Shown here: piece after piece, positions 51,218 through 61,008 of the stretch | How the letters are laid out: each line of letters opens with the position of its first letter | Numbering within the stretch: the stretch's first letter is position 1 | Assembly (NCBI GenBank): GCA_046331705.1 | Contig: JAXLQJ010000003.1 | Coordinates: 1 to 64,000 of the forward strand | Length of the DNA stretch: 64,000 nt | DNA from: a bacterium | GTDB taxonomy: Bacteria; JADJOY01 | Direction of reading: 5' to 3' | Notes under the pieces: model-generated | Seen by the model: the letters and a program-made list of their open reading frames with translations, nothing else | What the model was told of the DNA's origin: nothing | Database searches by the model: none | Translations under genes and position numbers: made by a program

Positions 51218-52459
51218 TCAGCGGCGAGAGCGACCGCGCGCGAGCTCGCCTGCGCCCAGGAAGTCGAGATCGAAGCGCGCGAAGCGGATGTCGAGCCCCA
51301 CCGAGCCCCCGGTGGCGCCGGCGCTCTCGTAGAGGAGGCCGATGCTGCCGTCGTCGAAGGCCGTGAGCACCGAGTACTGGGAGAAGCCCGGCTCGATCGG
51401 CGTCTCGTGGTCCCACGTCGCGCCTTCGTCGGTGCTCAGCCAAACCCGGACGCCGTGACGCAGACCGAGCGGCTGGTTGCTCAGAATGCCGCTGTGGAGG
51501 AGGACGTCGTGCGCGTCACCGGCGCGGCGCGCCGCGTAGCGCAGCACGCTCGCCATGACCGGCGGCATCGCGAGGCCGTCGCGCGGCTCGCCCCACGTCT
51601 CGCCGCCGTCGCTGCTCGACTGAACCCGGCGCGTGCCCGCGCGGCGCGCGTCGAGCTCCACCGTCCCGTCGACGAGCTCGACGACCTGCGACTCGTCCGT
51701 GCCGGGCTCGGGCACGCCGCCTCGCCGCCAGGTGGCGCCGCCGTCGTCGCTCAGCATCGCCCAGCTCCCCTCGACCTCGTCGCGCGTGTACCAGCCCGGC
51801 ACGATCATGCGGCCGCGCGGCGCGGACGCGGTGCCCCACGCGGAGACGATGGCGCGTCCCGGTCCCAGCGACGAGACCCGCCAGCCCTCGTCCTTGACGT
51901 CGCGGGTCAGCTCGCGAGGAGCGCTCCAGGTCGTTCCGTCGTCGTCGCTGGTCGTCGCCCAGATCGACGCGGCCTCCGACCCGAAACCCGGGGGTAGATC
52001 GAGCTCGCCGCCGGGGCTCGCCGGACGGCGGTTGAAGAAGAGCCACACGGTGGACGCGCGGTCCCCGTGGGGAACCACGAGCGCCGTGGGGTTGTGCGCG
52101 TCGCCCTCGCCGTTCTCGGCCAGCACCGCGGTGCGCGACCACGTCCGTCCGCAATCGCGGCTCTGCTTCATCACCACGTCGATGCGACCGGCGCCGGGAT
52201 CCGCGAGGCTCTGGCGCGCCTCCGCGAACGCCAGCACCACGCCGCTCGCCGTCGTGACCACCGCCGGGATGCGGAACACCGGGTACCCATCGACGCCCGT
52301 CCCGAACATTCCCCCCTGGAACGCGGTGCTCTCCTCGAACGCGGGGCTCGCCGCGAGCGGACAGACCGTGGCGGCGATCGAGGGGAGCTCCGATCGCGAT
52401 TCCCCGCAGCCGGCCGCCGCGAGCGCGGCGAGCACGACGCGCACGCATCCTCGGGTCAC
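51218..52459 (-). CDS. Sialidase (GH33) lipoprotein
   Basis: FRIP motif and five Asp-boxes (SRDCGRTW, SDDDGTTW, SDDGGATW, SSDGGETW, STDEGATW), YS...IGLLYE; GTGA overlap with the SDR stop. Confidence 0.9.
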   Translation of the reverse strand: MTRGCVRVVLAALAAAGCGESRSELPSIAATVCPLAASPAFEESTAFQGGMFGTGVDGYPVFRIPAVVTTASGVVLAFAEARQSLADPGAGRIDVVMKQSRDCGRTWSRTAVLAENGEGDAHNPTALVVPHGDRASTVWLFFNRRPASPGGELDLPPGFGSEAASIWATTSDDDGTTWSAPRELTRDVKDEGWRVSSLGPGRAIVSAWGTASAPRGRMIVPGWYTRDEVEGSWAMLSDDGGATWRRGGVPEPGTDESQVVELVDGTVELDARRAGTRRVQSSSDGGETWGEPRDGLAMPPVMASVLRYAARRAGDAHDVLLHSGILSNQPLGLRHGVRVWLSTDEGATWDHETPIEPGFSQYSVLTAFDDGSIGLLYESAGATGGSVGLDIRFARFDLDFLGAGELARGRSRR

Positions 52460-53241
52460 GGGAGGCCTTCGCGCGTCGCCGGTCTCGCGAACAGCGCGAG
52501 CACGCGGCGGCGCGCCGGCTCGCCCAGCACACGCGCCACGGCGATCGGCCAGCGGACGCGGCGCGGGAACATGTGGTGCGAGCGCTCCCGCTCGATCGCC
52601 CCGAGCATCTCGCGCACCGCCCGCTCCTTCGAGATGACGAGCGCCCGCGACGGCACCTCGGCCACGTCGAGCCCCTCGGTGTAGGTGAACCCGGGGTAGA
52701 GCGCGACGAAGCGGATCGGAGTGTGCGCCAGCTCGATACGACAGGTGTCGATCAGCATCCGCCCCGCGGCCTTCGCGGCGCTGTAAGGACCGGACTTGGG
52801 AAGCCCGAAGCTGCCCGCCGGCGAGCCGGTGTACGCGATCACCCCGCCGCGCTCGCGCAGGTGATCGACGAGCGGGCAGAGAAAGCTCACCAGCGTGTCG
52901 TAGTTGGTGCGCATCGTGCGCAGCACCTCCGCCGCGGTGATCGCGGTCATGTGCTGGGCCGCCGTGCCACCGGCGTTGAGCACCGCGACGTCGATCGAGC
53001 CGAAACGCTCCACGGCCGCGGCCACGACCGCCTGCGCCGCCGCCGGATCCGAGGCATCGGCGGCGCGCACCAAGCAGCGGCTGCCGCTCGCCTCGATCTG
53101 GTGCGCGAGCTCGACGAGCAAGGCCTCGCGGCGCGCGGTCACGACCAGCGCGTTGTCGCGCTTCGCCAGCTCCACGGCCATGGCGCGGCCGAGCCCCGAC
53201 GATGCGCCGGTGATCAGGATGGTCTTGCCGGTCAGCTTCAC
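52456..53241 (-). CDS. Short-chain dehydrogenase/reductase
   Basis: ITGASSGLG, LNAG, YSAAK; GTG start after GAGGAG. Confidence 0.93.
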   Translation of the reverse strand: MKLTGKTILITGASSGLGRAMAVELAKRDNALVVTARREALLVELAHQIEASGSRCLVRAADASDPAAAQAVVAAAVERFGSIDVAVLNAGGTAAQHMTAITAAEVLRTMRTNYDTLVSFLCPLVDHLRERGGVIAYTGSPAGSFGLPKSGPYSAAKAAGRMLIDTCRIELAHTPIRFVALYPGFTYTEGLDVAEVPSRALVISKERAVREMLGAIERERSHHMFPRRVRWPIAVARVLGEPARRRVLALFARPATREGLP

Positions 53242-53293
53242 GAGCCACGCTCCTCGCCGCAAGCGACGCCCACGACCAATCGGCCCGCTTGCT

Positions 53294-55621
53294 TCACGTT
53301 CCCCCCGCCGACGCCGGCAAGCCCCAGCCGGCGCCGGCGCTCCACTCGACCGGATCGAGCACCGGCGGCTCGCTGCCGCGCCACAACAGCACCTCGGCGC
53401 CCGCCGGCATGGCCACCGCCAGCACGCGCGACGACTCGCGCTCCACCGAGCCGCGTCCCCCGGACCACCGCACGTGAAACCCGTCCGCGAGATCGCTCTC
53501 GATGCGGAGGGTCTCGCCCGCCAGGCTGCGCACCGCCACGAGCCACGTCTCGCCGCCGCGACGCAACGCCGAGACCTCGAATCCGCCTTCGGCGCGCAGG
53601 TCGCGAAAGGCCGCATCCGGCCACTCGGGCGGCGTGCCCACGAAGAGCCGCACCAGGCCCGGCCGCGATTGGAACACCAGCCGGTGCACCGCATCGGCGG
53701 CCGAGAGCGGCGTCTCGATCACCGGGTTGATCGCCGCGTCACTCCAGGACTCGGCGTAGAAGCTGTTGGGCCGGAAGAACGCGAACGCCCGCTCGAGCTG
53801 ATCGAGGGCTGCGGCCCCGTCGCCCAGCGACGCCGCCACCTTGGCGGCGTACGCGCGGGCGTAGCCGAGAAAATCCGCGCTCTCTTCGCCGAGCGCGAGC
53901 CAATGATCGAAGGAGCGCTGGATGAGGGCGCGATCACGCTCGTCGGTCGGATCGAGGATCGGCAGCTCGTCGATCGCGAGCAGGTGCGAGTAGTGACGAT
54001 GGCCGACGGACTGCGGCAATCCCTCGGCGATCCAGAGACCGTCCGCGGCGCCTTGCGGAAAGCGGATGGAGCCGCGCACCTCGCGCCACGTCTGCGCGAG
54101 CGGATCGTCGAGCGACAGGCGCTCGTTCGCCCACAGCAGCGCATCGAGCGCCCACGCCAGCGTGCTCAGCGCGTAGTTCGCATTCGGCATCGAGAAGGGC
54201 CGCGAGGTCGGGTACTCGGGCGAGTACGTCGTGGGGAAGTACACGGTGCCGTCCGCGCGCCGCACCATCGCGGAGAGATAGGTGTTCACCGCGCCGCGAA
54301 GCAGCGGCACGAGCCGCTCGCGCAGATACGCGTCGTCCCTCGTGACGCCGTAACCCTGCCAGCAACGACGGAGCGCCCACGGCAGATTTCCGAGCTCGAA
54401 CGTGACGAAGGGTTGCATGCCGACCACGCTCACCAGGTCGTGACTGGAGGTGCGACCCACGTGGTACATGGGCGTGTAGCGTCGCGGGACGAATGGACCG
54501 ACGTTGGTCTCCAGGTTGCCGCGGTAGTCCCACAGCGAGTCGCAGAGCGAATCCAGCTGCGCGAGGCGTCCCGCCGTCACCACCGGCGAGTAGCTCAGCT
54601 CGACGTTCAGGTTCCACCAGGTGCCAGGCCAGCCCGAGGGCGCGAGCCACGGTCCTTGGTTGTCGAGCACCACGCCGCCGGAACGCGTGGCGGAGGCGTG
54701 CTTGTACATCTGCAGCCAGTAGAACGATTCCACGCGGCGATCGGGAAGCGCGATCCAACCCGCGGGCCAGTAGTCGTGCCACCACGCGCGATGCTCCGCG
54801 ACCAGCGCGTCGAGCCCGCGCAGCTCAGCGGCGCGCACGCGCTCGACGGCGACGTCGGCGGCACCCGTCGAATCACGGATCGGCTCGAACGCGAGCGTCG
54901 CCACGCGCCGCCCCGGCGCGAGCTCCACGACCTGCCACGCCGTGCCGTGCTCACCGCGATCGAGTGGCAACGGCTGAGCGATGCGCTCGATGGTGCCCAC
55001 TCGCGAAACCGACGGCTCGACGGGCACGAGCATCCGCGGCAAGGGATCGCCCGCGATCGCGTAAGGCGCGGGGATCGGCGCTTCCGGCTCGAAGGCGAGC
55101 GCGGCACCGGTCTCCGCGCCGCTCGCCACGATCTCCACGACCAGCGTGCGCTCCGTCGCGGCGGTGAAATGCCGGAGCGCGAGCTCGCCCCGATCGGTCG
55201 TCACCGTGGCGCGCACCTCCGCGTTCCACAGATCGATGCGGCCGCGAAAGCTCGTGATCGCGCCGACCGGACGCAGCGTCAGCCGACCGATCGGCACCCG
55301 CGGCAGATACGAGATGCTGGGCGAGAGCGGGAACGAGCCGTCGGCCTGGTTGTCGCCCAGCTCGAAGACGAGCTTGCCGGGCGCTTCCGCGTAGAACGTC
55401 GAGCCGAGAAAGCCGTTGCCCGTGAAGAGCGACTCGCCCCACGCGCGCGGCAAGGCCTCCCAGGTGGGATCTGCGCGCTCGAGGGTCGCCGGCCAGTCGA
55501 CGTTCCCGGCGAGCAGCTCGCCCTGCGCCGTCGGCGCGGCCGATCCGCCACAGCCGGCGAGCAAGACGACGAGCCCCAGGCGGGCCCATGTCGATCGCTG
55601 CGCGCGGACGTTGCTGGCCAT
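53294..55621 (-). CDS. GH95-like alpha-L-fucosidase lipoprotein
   Basis: Lipobox LAGC; GNGFLG, WWNLNVELSY, TYSPEY, GHRHYSHL, NPVIETP, FRDLRAEGGFEVSA. Confidence 0.82.
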   Translation of the reverse strand: MASNVRAQRSTWARLGLVVLLAGCGGSAAPTAQGELLAGNVDWPATLERADPTWEALPRAWGESLFTGNGFLGSTFYAEAPGKLVFELGDNQADGSFPLSPSISYLPRVPIGRLTLRPVGAITSFRGRIDLWNAEVRATVTTDRGELALRHFTAATERTLVVEIVASGAETGAALAFEPEAPIPAPYAIAGDPLPRMLVPVEPSVSRVGTIERIAQPLPLDRGEHGTAWQVVELAPGRRVATLAFEPIRDSTGAADVAVERVRAAELRGLDALVAEHRAWWHDYWPAGWIALPDRRVESFYWLQMYKHASATRSGGVVLDNQGPWLAPSGWPGTWWNLNVELSYSPVVTAGRLAQLDSLCDSLWDYRGNLETNVGPFVPRRYTPMYHVGRTSSHDLVSVVGMQPFVTFELGNLPWALRRCWQGYGVTRDDAYLRERLVPLLRGAVNTYLSAMVRRADGTVYFPTTYSPEYPTSRPFSMPNANYALSTLAWALDALLWANERLSLDDPLAQTWREVRGSIRFPQGAADGLWIAEGLPQSVGHRHYSHLLAIDELPILDPTDERDRALIQRSFDHWLALGEESADFLGYARAYAAKVAASLGDGAAALDQLERAFAFFRPNSFYAESWSDAAINPVIETPLSAADAVHRLVFQSRPGLVRLFVGTPPEWPDAAFRDLRAEGGFEVSALRRGGETWLVAVRSLAGETLRIESDLADGFHVRWSGGRGSVERESSRVLAVAMPAGAEVLLWRGSEPPVLDPVEWSAGAGWGLPASAGGT

Positions 55622-55711
55622 CCCGCCAGCGATGATAGTTTCGCCCCGCATGCGCGCCCAGCGCGCGCTGCCGCGCCCGCCCGCGCGGCACGACCAGCGC
55701 ACCGATCGCCC

Positions 55712-56554
55712 ATGGATCACCTCCGTCCCGACACCTGGTTCATCGCGTCCGCGACGCGGGTCGCCGGTTGCGCCGCGTGGCTGGCGGGGTGGCTCGTCCT
55801 GGAAGCGCTCTGGTACCGGCGCACGCGCACGTCGTGGGATCCGCGGAACGTGGCGCTCAGCCTCCAGACCGCCGTCGTCGTGGGCACGGTGCAAGTGCTC
55901 GTCAGCCTGGCGCTCGCGCCGCTGCTCTGGCGGGTGTGGCCGTATCGGTTCTGGACGCTTTCGATGGATGCGTTCGGGCACTGGGCGCTGGCGTGGACGG
56001 TCGTGGACTTCGCCTACTACTGGATCCATCGCGCGTTGCACGCCACGCGCATCGGCTGGGCGCTGCACGCACCGCATCATTCCAGCCTGCAGGTCACGAT
56101 GCTGGACAGCCTGCGTTTCTCGTGGGGCGAGCAGCCGGTGGGCGTGCTCGCGTACGGGATCCCGCTGGTCCTGCTCGGCGTTCCGCCCTACGTCGCGGCG
56201 CTCTTCTACGGGTTCGTGTCGCTCTTCCAGCTCGTCGTCCACACCGAGATGAGCTGGTCGCTCGGCGCCCTCGATGGCCTCGTCTACACGCCCGCCGCGC
56301 ACCGCATCCACCACTCGAGCGCGCGCGCCGAGGCCGACTCGAACTTCGGCGGCTTCTTCGTGCTCTTCGATCGGCTCTTCGGCACGTACACCCGCACGCG
56401 CCCCGCCGACCGGCCGGCCGCTTACGGTCTGCCCGATCGCCGAGCGACCACCCTCGGCGAGATCGCGTTCGGCGAGCTGCGCGACGTGATCGCCGGGCTC
56501 CGTGCGACCCGGGGCCTCACCGCCAAGATCCGCTTCGCGTTCACTCGCCCTTGA
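55712..56554 (+). CDS. Sterol desaturase / fatty-acid hydroxylase family (alkylglycerol monooxygenase-like)
   Basis: His boxes YYWIHRALH, LHAPHHS, VHTE, HRIHH; NFGG...DRLFGT. Confidence 0.9.
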   Translation: MDHLRPDTWFIASATRVAGCAAWLAGWLVLEALWYRRTRTSWDPRNVALSLQTAVVVGTVQVLVSLALAPLLWRVWPYRFWTLSMDAFGHWALAWTVVDFAYYWIHRALHATRIGWALHAPHHSSLQVTMLDSLRFSWGEQPVGVLAYGIPLVLLGVPPYVAALFYGFVSLFQLVVHTEMSWSLGALDGLVYTPAAHRIHHSSARAEADSNFGGFFVLFDRLFGTYTRTRPADRPAAYGLPDRRATTLGEIAFGELRDVIAGLRATRGLTAKIRFAFTRP

Positions 56555-56591
56555 CCCGTTCGAAGCGACGCACGCCCAGGGAGCGACCCGC

Positions 56592-57737
56592 GTGACCCGG
56601 AACCCGATTCGCCGCACCCGCCGCGCGCTGCTGATCGCCACGCTGTGGCTCGCCGCGAGCTGCGGCTCGGATCCCACTTCGCGCGCGCTGCCCCCCATCG
56701 AGCGCGACGCCGACGGCCGCTGGACCGCCGCCAGCGCCCAAGCCTGGTACGACGCCCAACCGTGGCTGGTGGGCGCCAACTTCATCCCGTCGACGGCGAT
56801 CAATCCGCTCGAGATGTGGCAGGCTGAAACGTTCGATCCGCAAACCATCGACCGCGAGCTCGGCTGGGCGGCGGCCGTCGGCATGAACGTGATGCGGGTG
56901 TTCCTTCACGACCTGCTCTGGGACCAGGACGCCGAAGGCTTCGTGAAGCGAATCGATCGCTACCTCGCGATCGCCGACCGCCACGGCATCCGCACCATGT
57001 TGGTGCTCTTCGACAACGTCTGGGACGCCGAGGCGCACCTCGGCCCCCAGCCGGAGCCGGTGCCCGGCGTCCACAACTCGGGCTGGGTGCAGAGCCCGGC
57101 CAAGCAAGAGACGCTCGCGTTCGCCAACGATCCGGTGCTGCGCGCGCGGCTCGAGCGCTACGTGCGTGGCGTGATCGGCGCGTTCCGCGACGATCGCCGC
57201 GTGCTCGCGTGGGACCTGCTCAACGAGCCCGGCAACTCGAACATCCACACCGGTTGCCTGCCGCTGCTCGAAGCGAGCTTCCAGTGGGCGCGGGACATGG
57301 CGCCCAGCCAGCCGCTCACGGCCGGATCGTGGTTCCTCCAGACCTGGGCGCAAGTGTCGAAGACGTCCCTCGATCTCTCCGACGTCGCGACGTTCCACAA
57401 CTACGACACCGAGCCCGACACCGCCGCCGTGATCGCGCGGCTGCGCCGCTTCAGCGATCGCCCGCTCATCTGCACCGAATACATGGCGCGCACCGTGGGC
57501 AGCACCTTCCAGACCCATCTGCCGCTCTTCCGCGACCAGCGCGTGGGCGCCATCCACTGGGGCCTCGTTGCGGGCAAGACCCAGACGATCTGGCCATGGG
57601 GATCGCTGCCCGACCCCGACGCCACCGAGCCGCCGATCTGGTTCCACGACGTCTTCCGTGCCGACGGCACTGCGTACGACGCGGCGGAGACCGAGCTCAT
57701 CCGTGCCATCACCGCGGACGTGAACGGCCGAGAATGA
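56592..57737 (+). CDS. Clan GH-A (GH5-like) glycoside hydrolase lipoprotein
   Basis: Lipobox AASC; GANFIPSTAIN.LEMWQ, WDLLNEP, FHNY, ICTEYMAR, WGLVAGKTQT. Confidence 0.88.
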   Translation: MTRNPIRRTRRALLIATLWLAASCGSDPTSRALPPIERDADGRWTAASAQAWYDAQPWLVGANFIPSTAINPLEMWQAETFDPQTIDRELGWAAAVGMNVMRVFLHDLLWDQDAEGFVKRIDRYLAIADRHGIRTMLVLFDNVWDAEAHLGPQPEPVPGVHNSGWVQSPAKQETLAFANDPVLRARLERYVRGVIGAFRDDRRVLAWDLLNEPGNSNIHTGCLPLLEASFQWARDMAPSQPLTAGSWFLQTWAQVSKTSLDLSDVATFHNYDTEPDTAAVIARLRRFSDRPLICTEYMARTVGSTFQTHLPLFRDQRVGAIHWGLVAGKTQTIWPWGSLPDPDATEPPIWFHDVFRADGTAYDAAETELIRAITADVNGRE

Positions 57738-59221
57738 GAGGCGCGTGGCGCTTCGCGCTCGCCGCGCTCCACGTGGCGCTGGCTGCGTGCGAGGCCGGCC
57801 CTCGGTCGATGCCGGACCCTGCCGCGACGCCCGCGCTACGCGTCGTCGACGGACGACTGGTCGACTCCCACGGTCGCCAGCGGCTGCTGCGCGGCGTGAA
57901 CGTGAAGGCGTTCGGCGTGTTCGATGCGAGCTTCGACGACGGCCGCAAGCCCACCCAGCAGGTTGCGCCCTTCGAAGCGAACGACGCACGCGAGATCGCA
58001 CGCCTCGGGTTCGATTTCGTGCGGCTCTGCGTGAGCTGGAGTGGGCTCGAGCCCGAGGAAGGCGCCTTCTCCGGGCCGGCGCTCGCGCGCCTCGACGAGG
58101 TGGTCGGGTGGCTCGTCGACGCCGGGCTCTACGTGCTCGTCGATTTCCACGAGGACGCCTGGTCGAAGGAGATCGGCGAGGACGGCGCGCCGCTGTGGGC
58201 GATCGTTCCGCCGCCTCCGGCGCTTCTCGAAGGGCCGCTCTGGCCGGGGCCGGATCTCCCGTGCCCGTGCACGGGCGACGGCAATCAGCGACGCACGTCG
58301 ATTCCGGTGCTCGCGGCGTTCGCGTCCTTCTTCGAGAACCGCGAGCGAATCCAGGAGCGCTTCGTGCCGGTCTGGCAGCGGGTGGCGCGCCGCTACGCCC
58401 ACGAGCCCGCGGTGATCGGCTACGAGGCCATGAACGAACCGGTCGTCATCCACGTCGCCCACGGCGCCGATCGCCTGGAGGAATTCCATCGGCGCATGGT
58501 GGCGGCGCTGCGCGCCGTGAGCCCGCGGCAGGCGTACTTCCTGGAGCCGGACGTGGTGACCCGGAACCTCTTCTGGACGGCGCCTGGCCCGCGGCAGCCG
58601 TTCCCCGACGACAACGTCGTGTATGCGGCGCACCTCTATCCGTACGCCTTTCCGAGCGAGCCGGCGGAGCGCGCGACGGCCCTCGAACGCACGTTCGACG
58701 CGCTCCTCGACGAGGCCGCGGCGTGGGGCGCGGCGCCGCTCCTCGGCGAATGGGCCACGGCGATCGACTCGCCTGCGGAGGTCCCGGCGATCGACACCTT
58801 GACTGGCGAGCTCACCCGGCGTGCGATCGGGTGGGCGCTCTGGCAGTGGAAGGACTACGGCAGCCCCGATCCGCCGCCGGGCTCGGGATCGATCGTCGAC
58901 TACGACTGGGCCGAGCGCCGCTGGATCATCAACCAGCCGGGCACCGACACACTGACGCCGCCGATCGCGTTCGCGGTGCCCGGCAAGCTGGTCGCGCAGG
59001 ACTACGACACGGCAGCGCGCCGGCTCACGATCACCTTCGAGGCCCGCGGTGGCGAAGGCCCCGCCGTGCTGTCGGTACCCGAGCACGCGAGCGCTCGCGG
59101 CTTTGCCGTCCGCGTGGACGGCACACCGGCCGAGACGCGGCTCGATGCGGCCACGCGCCGGTTGGCCGTATCCTGGAACGGCGCACCGGGCCGTCACGAG
59201 ATCGACGCCGACTTCGATTGA
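57734..59221 (+). CDS. Second GH5 endoglycoceramidase-like lipoprotein
   Basis: Lipobox LAAC; LLRGVN, WSGLEP, VDFHEDAWSKEIGEDGAPLWA, GYEAMNEP, HLY, GEW. Confidence 0.85.
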   Translation: MRGAWRFALAALHVALAACEAGPRSMPDPAATPALRVVDGRLVDSHGRQRLLRGVNVKAFGVFDASFDDGRKPTQQVAPFEANDAREIARLGFDFVRLCVSWSGLEPEEGAFSGPALARLDEVVGWLVDAGLYVLVDFHEDAWSKEIGEDGAPLWAIVPPPPALLEGPLWPGPDLPCPCTGDGNQRRTSIPVLAAFASFFENRERIQERFVPVWQRVARRYAHEPAVIGYEAMNEPVVIHVAHGADRLEEFHRRMVAALRAVSPRQAYFLEPDVVTRNLFWTAPGPRQPFPDDNVVYAAHLYPYAFPSEPAERATALERTFDALLDEAAAWGAAPLLGEWATAIDSPAEVPAIDTLTGELTRRAIGWALWQWKDYGSPDPPPGSGSIVDYDWAERRWIINQPGTDTLTPPIAFAVPGKLVAQDYDTAARRLTITFEARGGEGPAVLSVPEHASARGFAVRVDGTPAETRLDAATRRLAVSWNGAPGRHEIDADFD

Positions 59222-59287
59222 TCGTACGCCGCGCGGTCGCGAGGTCGCGGCGCCGCCGGAATGGATCGAGAGGCGAGAGGGACGCAG

Positions 59288-60361
59288 ATGCCGCGCTTCG
59301 AGATCGGTCACGGCGTCGTCCGCGGCTTCGTCGCGGCGGTCCTCGTCGCCGCGTCCGCGGTCGGTCTCGGCTGCGGCGCGTCGAACGACTCCGCCGCGAC
59401 TCCCGAAGTCCACTACGAGCCCTACACCTACCTCGACCTGCGCCGTCCCGACGCACCCGACGTCGAGGTGATCGTGGCCGACCCCCACGTGATCGAGGTC
59501 GCTCACCGCTGGTACCTCTACGGCACCTCGAGCGGCGATGGCTTCGAGTGCTGGTCGAGCGACGACCTCGCCGATTGGCGCTACGAAGGCCTGGTTTGGC
59601 GGCCGGTTCCCGGCTCGTGGAACGACCAAGGCAACTTCTGGGCGCCGCACGTGCAGGTCGCGCGCGACGGCTACTACCTCTACTACACCGCGAATCTGCG
59701 GATCGGCGTGGCTTTCTCGCCCTCGCCGACCGGCCCCTTCGAAGAGCTGCGGGACGGGCCGCTGGTGGGCGACGGGGCTGGCGGAGTCGGCGACGGTCGG
59801 AAGCCATTCGCCGACGGCCCGTTCTGGTTTCTGGATTTCGACGAGAACGCGATCGACGCGGCCGTGTACGCGGGCGGTGACGGCTCGCTCACGCTCTATC
59901 TCTCACGCAACGTGCCGTGGTCGGTGATCCAGGCGATCCCGATGGTGGACTACGCGACCCTCGCCGACGAGCCGCCGCGAACGCTCCTCGATGGCCAGCT
60001 CACGAGCTGGGAAGGGGCGGTGCGCGAGGGCCCGTTCGTGATCGAGCACGCAGGACGGATCCATCTCATGTACTCGGGCAACTTCTACTGGTCGCCCAGC
60101 TACGCGATCGGGGACGCGGTCGGCACGAGCCCGCTCGGGCCGTTCCAGCGCCGCCCCGACAACCCGATTCTCGCCGCGACGCCGAGCGGCGCGCTGGTCG
60201 GCCCCGGTCATCACAGCGTCGTGGCGGGTGCCCACGACGACCTGCTGATGTTCTTCCACACCAAGGTCTCGTCGGCGAACGGCGACGAGCGGCGGGTGCG
60301 TTACGTGCCGATCTCGTTCGATGCCGACGGTCGCGTCCAGCTCGAGGTTCCACCGCCATGA
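59288..60361 (+). CDS. GH43 glycoside hydrolase lipoprotein
   Basis: ADPHV, FWAP, AIDA, EGP, GPGHHS motifs; lipobox GLGC. Confidence 0.9.
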   Translation: MPRFEIGHGVVRGFVAAVLVAASAVGLGCGASNDSAATPEVHYEPYTYLDLRRPDAPDVEVIVADPHVIEVAHRWYLYGTSSGDGFECWSSDDLADWRYEGLVWRPVPGSWNDQGNFWAPHVQVARDGYYLYYTANLRIGVAFSPSPTGPFEELRDGPLVGDGAGGVGDGRKPFADGPFWFLDFDENAIDAAVYAGGDGSLTLYLSRNVPWSVIQAIPMVDYATLADEPPRTLLDGQLTSWEGAVREGPFVIEHAGRIHLMYSGNFYWSPSYAIGDAVGTSPLGPFQRRPDNPILAATPSGALVGPGHHSVVAGAHDDLLMFFHTKVSSANGDERRVRYVPISFDADGRVQLEVPPP

Positions 60362-60684
60362 TCACCCGCGAGAGTCCGAGGATCCCCACCACGACACGAG
60401 CCCGCAGCGTGCTCGCCACCTGCTCCGCGCTCGTCGTCACGGCGGCGTGTGGAGGCTCCCAGAACCACACCGCAACGCCGCCGAGCGGAGCCACGGTGGG
60501 GCGCCGTGTGGACTTGACTGGGTTCCCCCGCGTCCCGAAATGCTCGGTGCCCATCGCGACCCTCCCCGACGAGAGCGCAGCCGAGAGTTGTGGGGCAAGA
60601 TCAGCCAGGCGACACCCCCCCCGGAAGTCCCGGCGGGCCACGACGCTGACCACCGTGCCCGTGGAGAAATCCCCCGCTGCGTGA
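60358..60684 (+). pseudogene. Possible truncated lipoprotein (signal peptide only)
   Basis: ATGA overlap with the GH43 stop; lipobox TAAC-GGS, then non-protein-like sequence. Confidence 0.35.
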
Positions 60685-61008
60685 GCGCATGGCGGAACGC
60701 GACGATGCGATGGATGCGATGAATACATGGGCTGGAGAGTCGGGCGGCGCGAGCTGCTGCGACGCAGCGACCCCACCGGACCGCCTCGTCCGCATGACTG
60801 CGAAGCGGTGCTGGGTCTCTTGTGGACACCGGGTGGGGATTGAATGCGGCTTGCTTTTCTTGACCTTGACGGCTGCACGGCTCGATGGCCCCGGATACCT
60901 TCCGGTCGCCGGTGACCTCGATGAGCCGTATCGCCGGTGCCAACAGCGGACGAACCGAAACCGAGGTGTACCCGCCGGGCCCTGCTGCATCGCGAGGAGA
61001 GTCACTGC

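Noticed and set aside
38539-56884. Very long ORFs such as 38539..42825, 44046..47144, 44214..47216, 52904..56554 and 53294..56884 at full length
   Set aside because: Arg/Ala/Pro-rich stop-free shadow frames typical of high-GC DNA; real genes occupy only their 3' parts or other frames.
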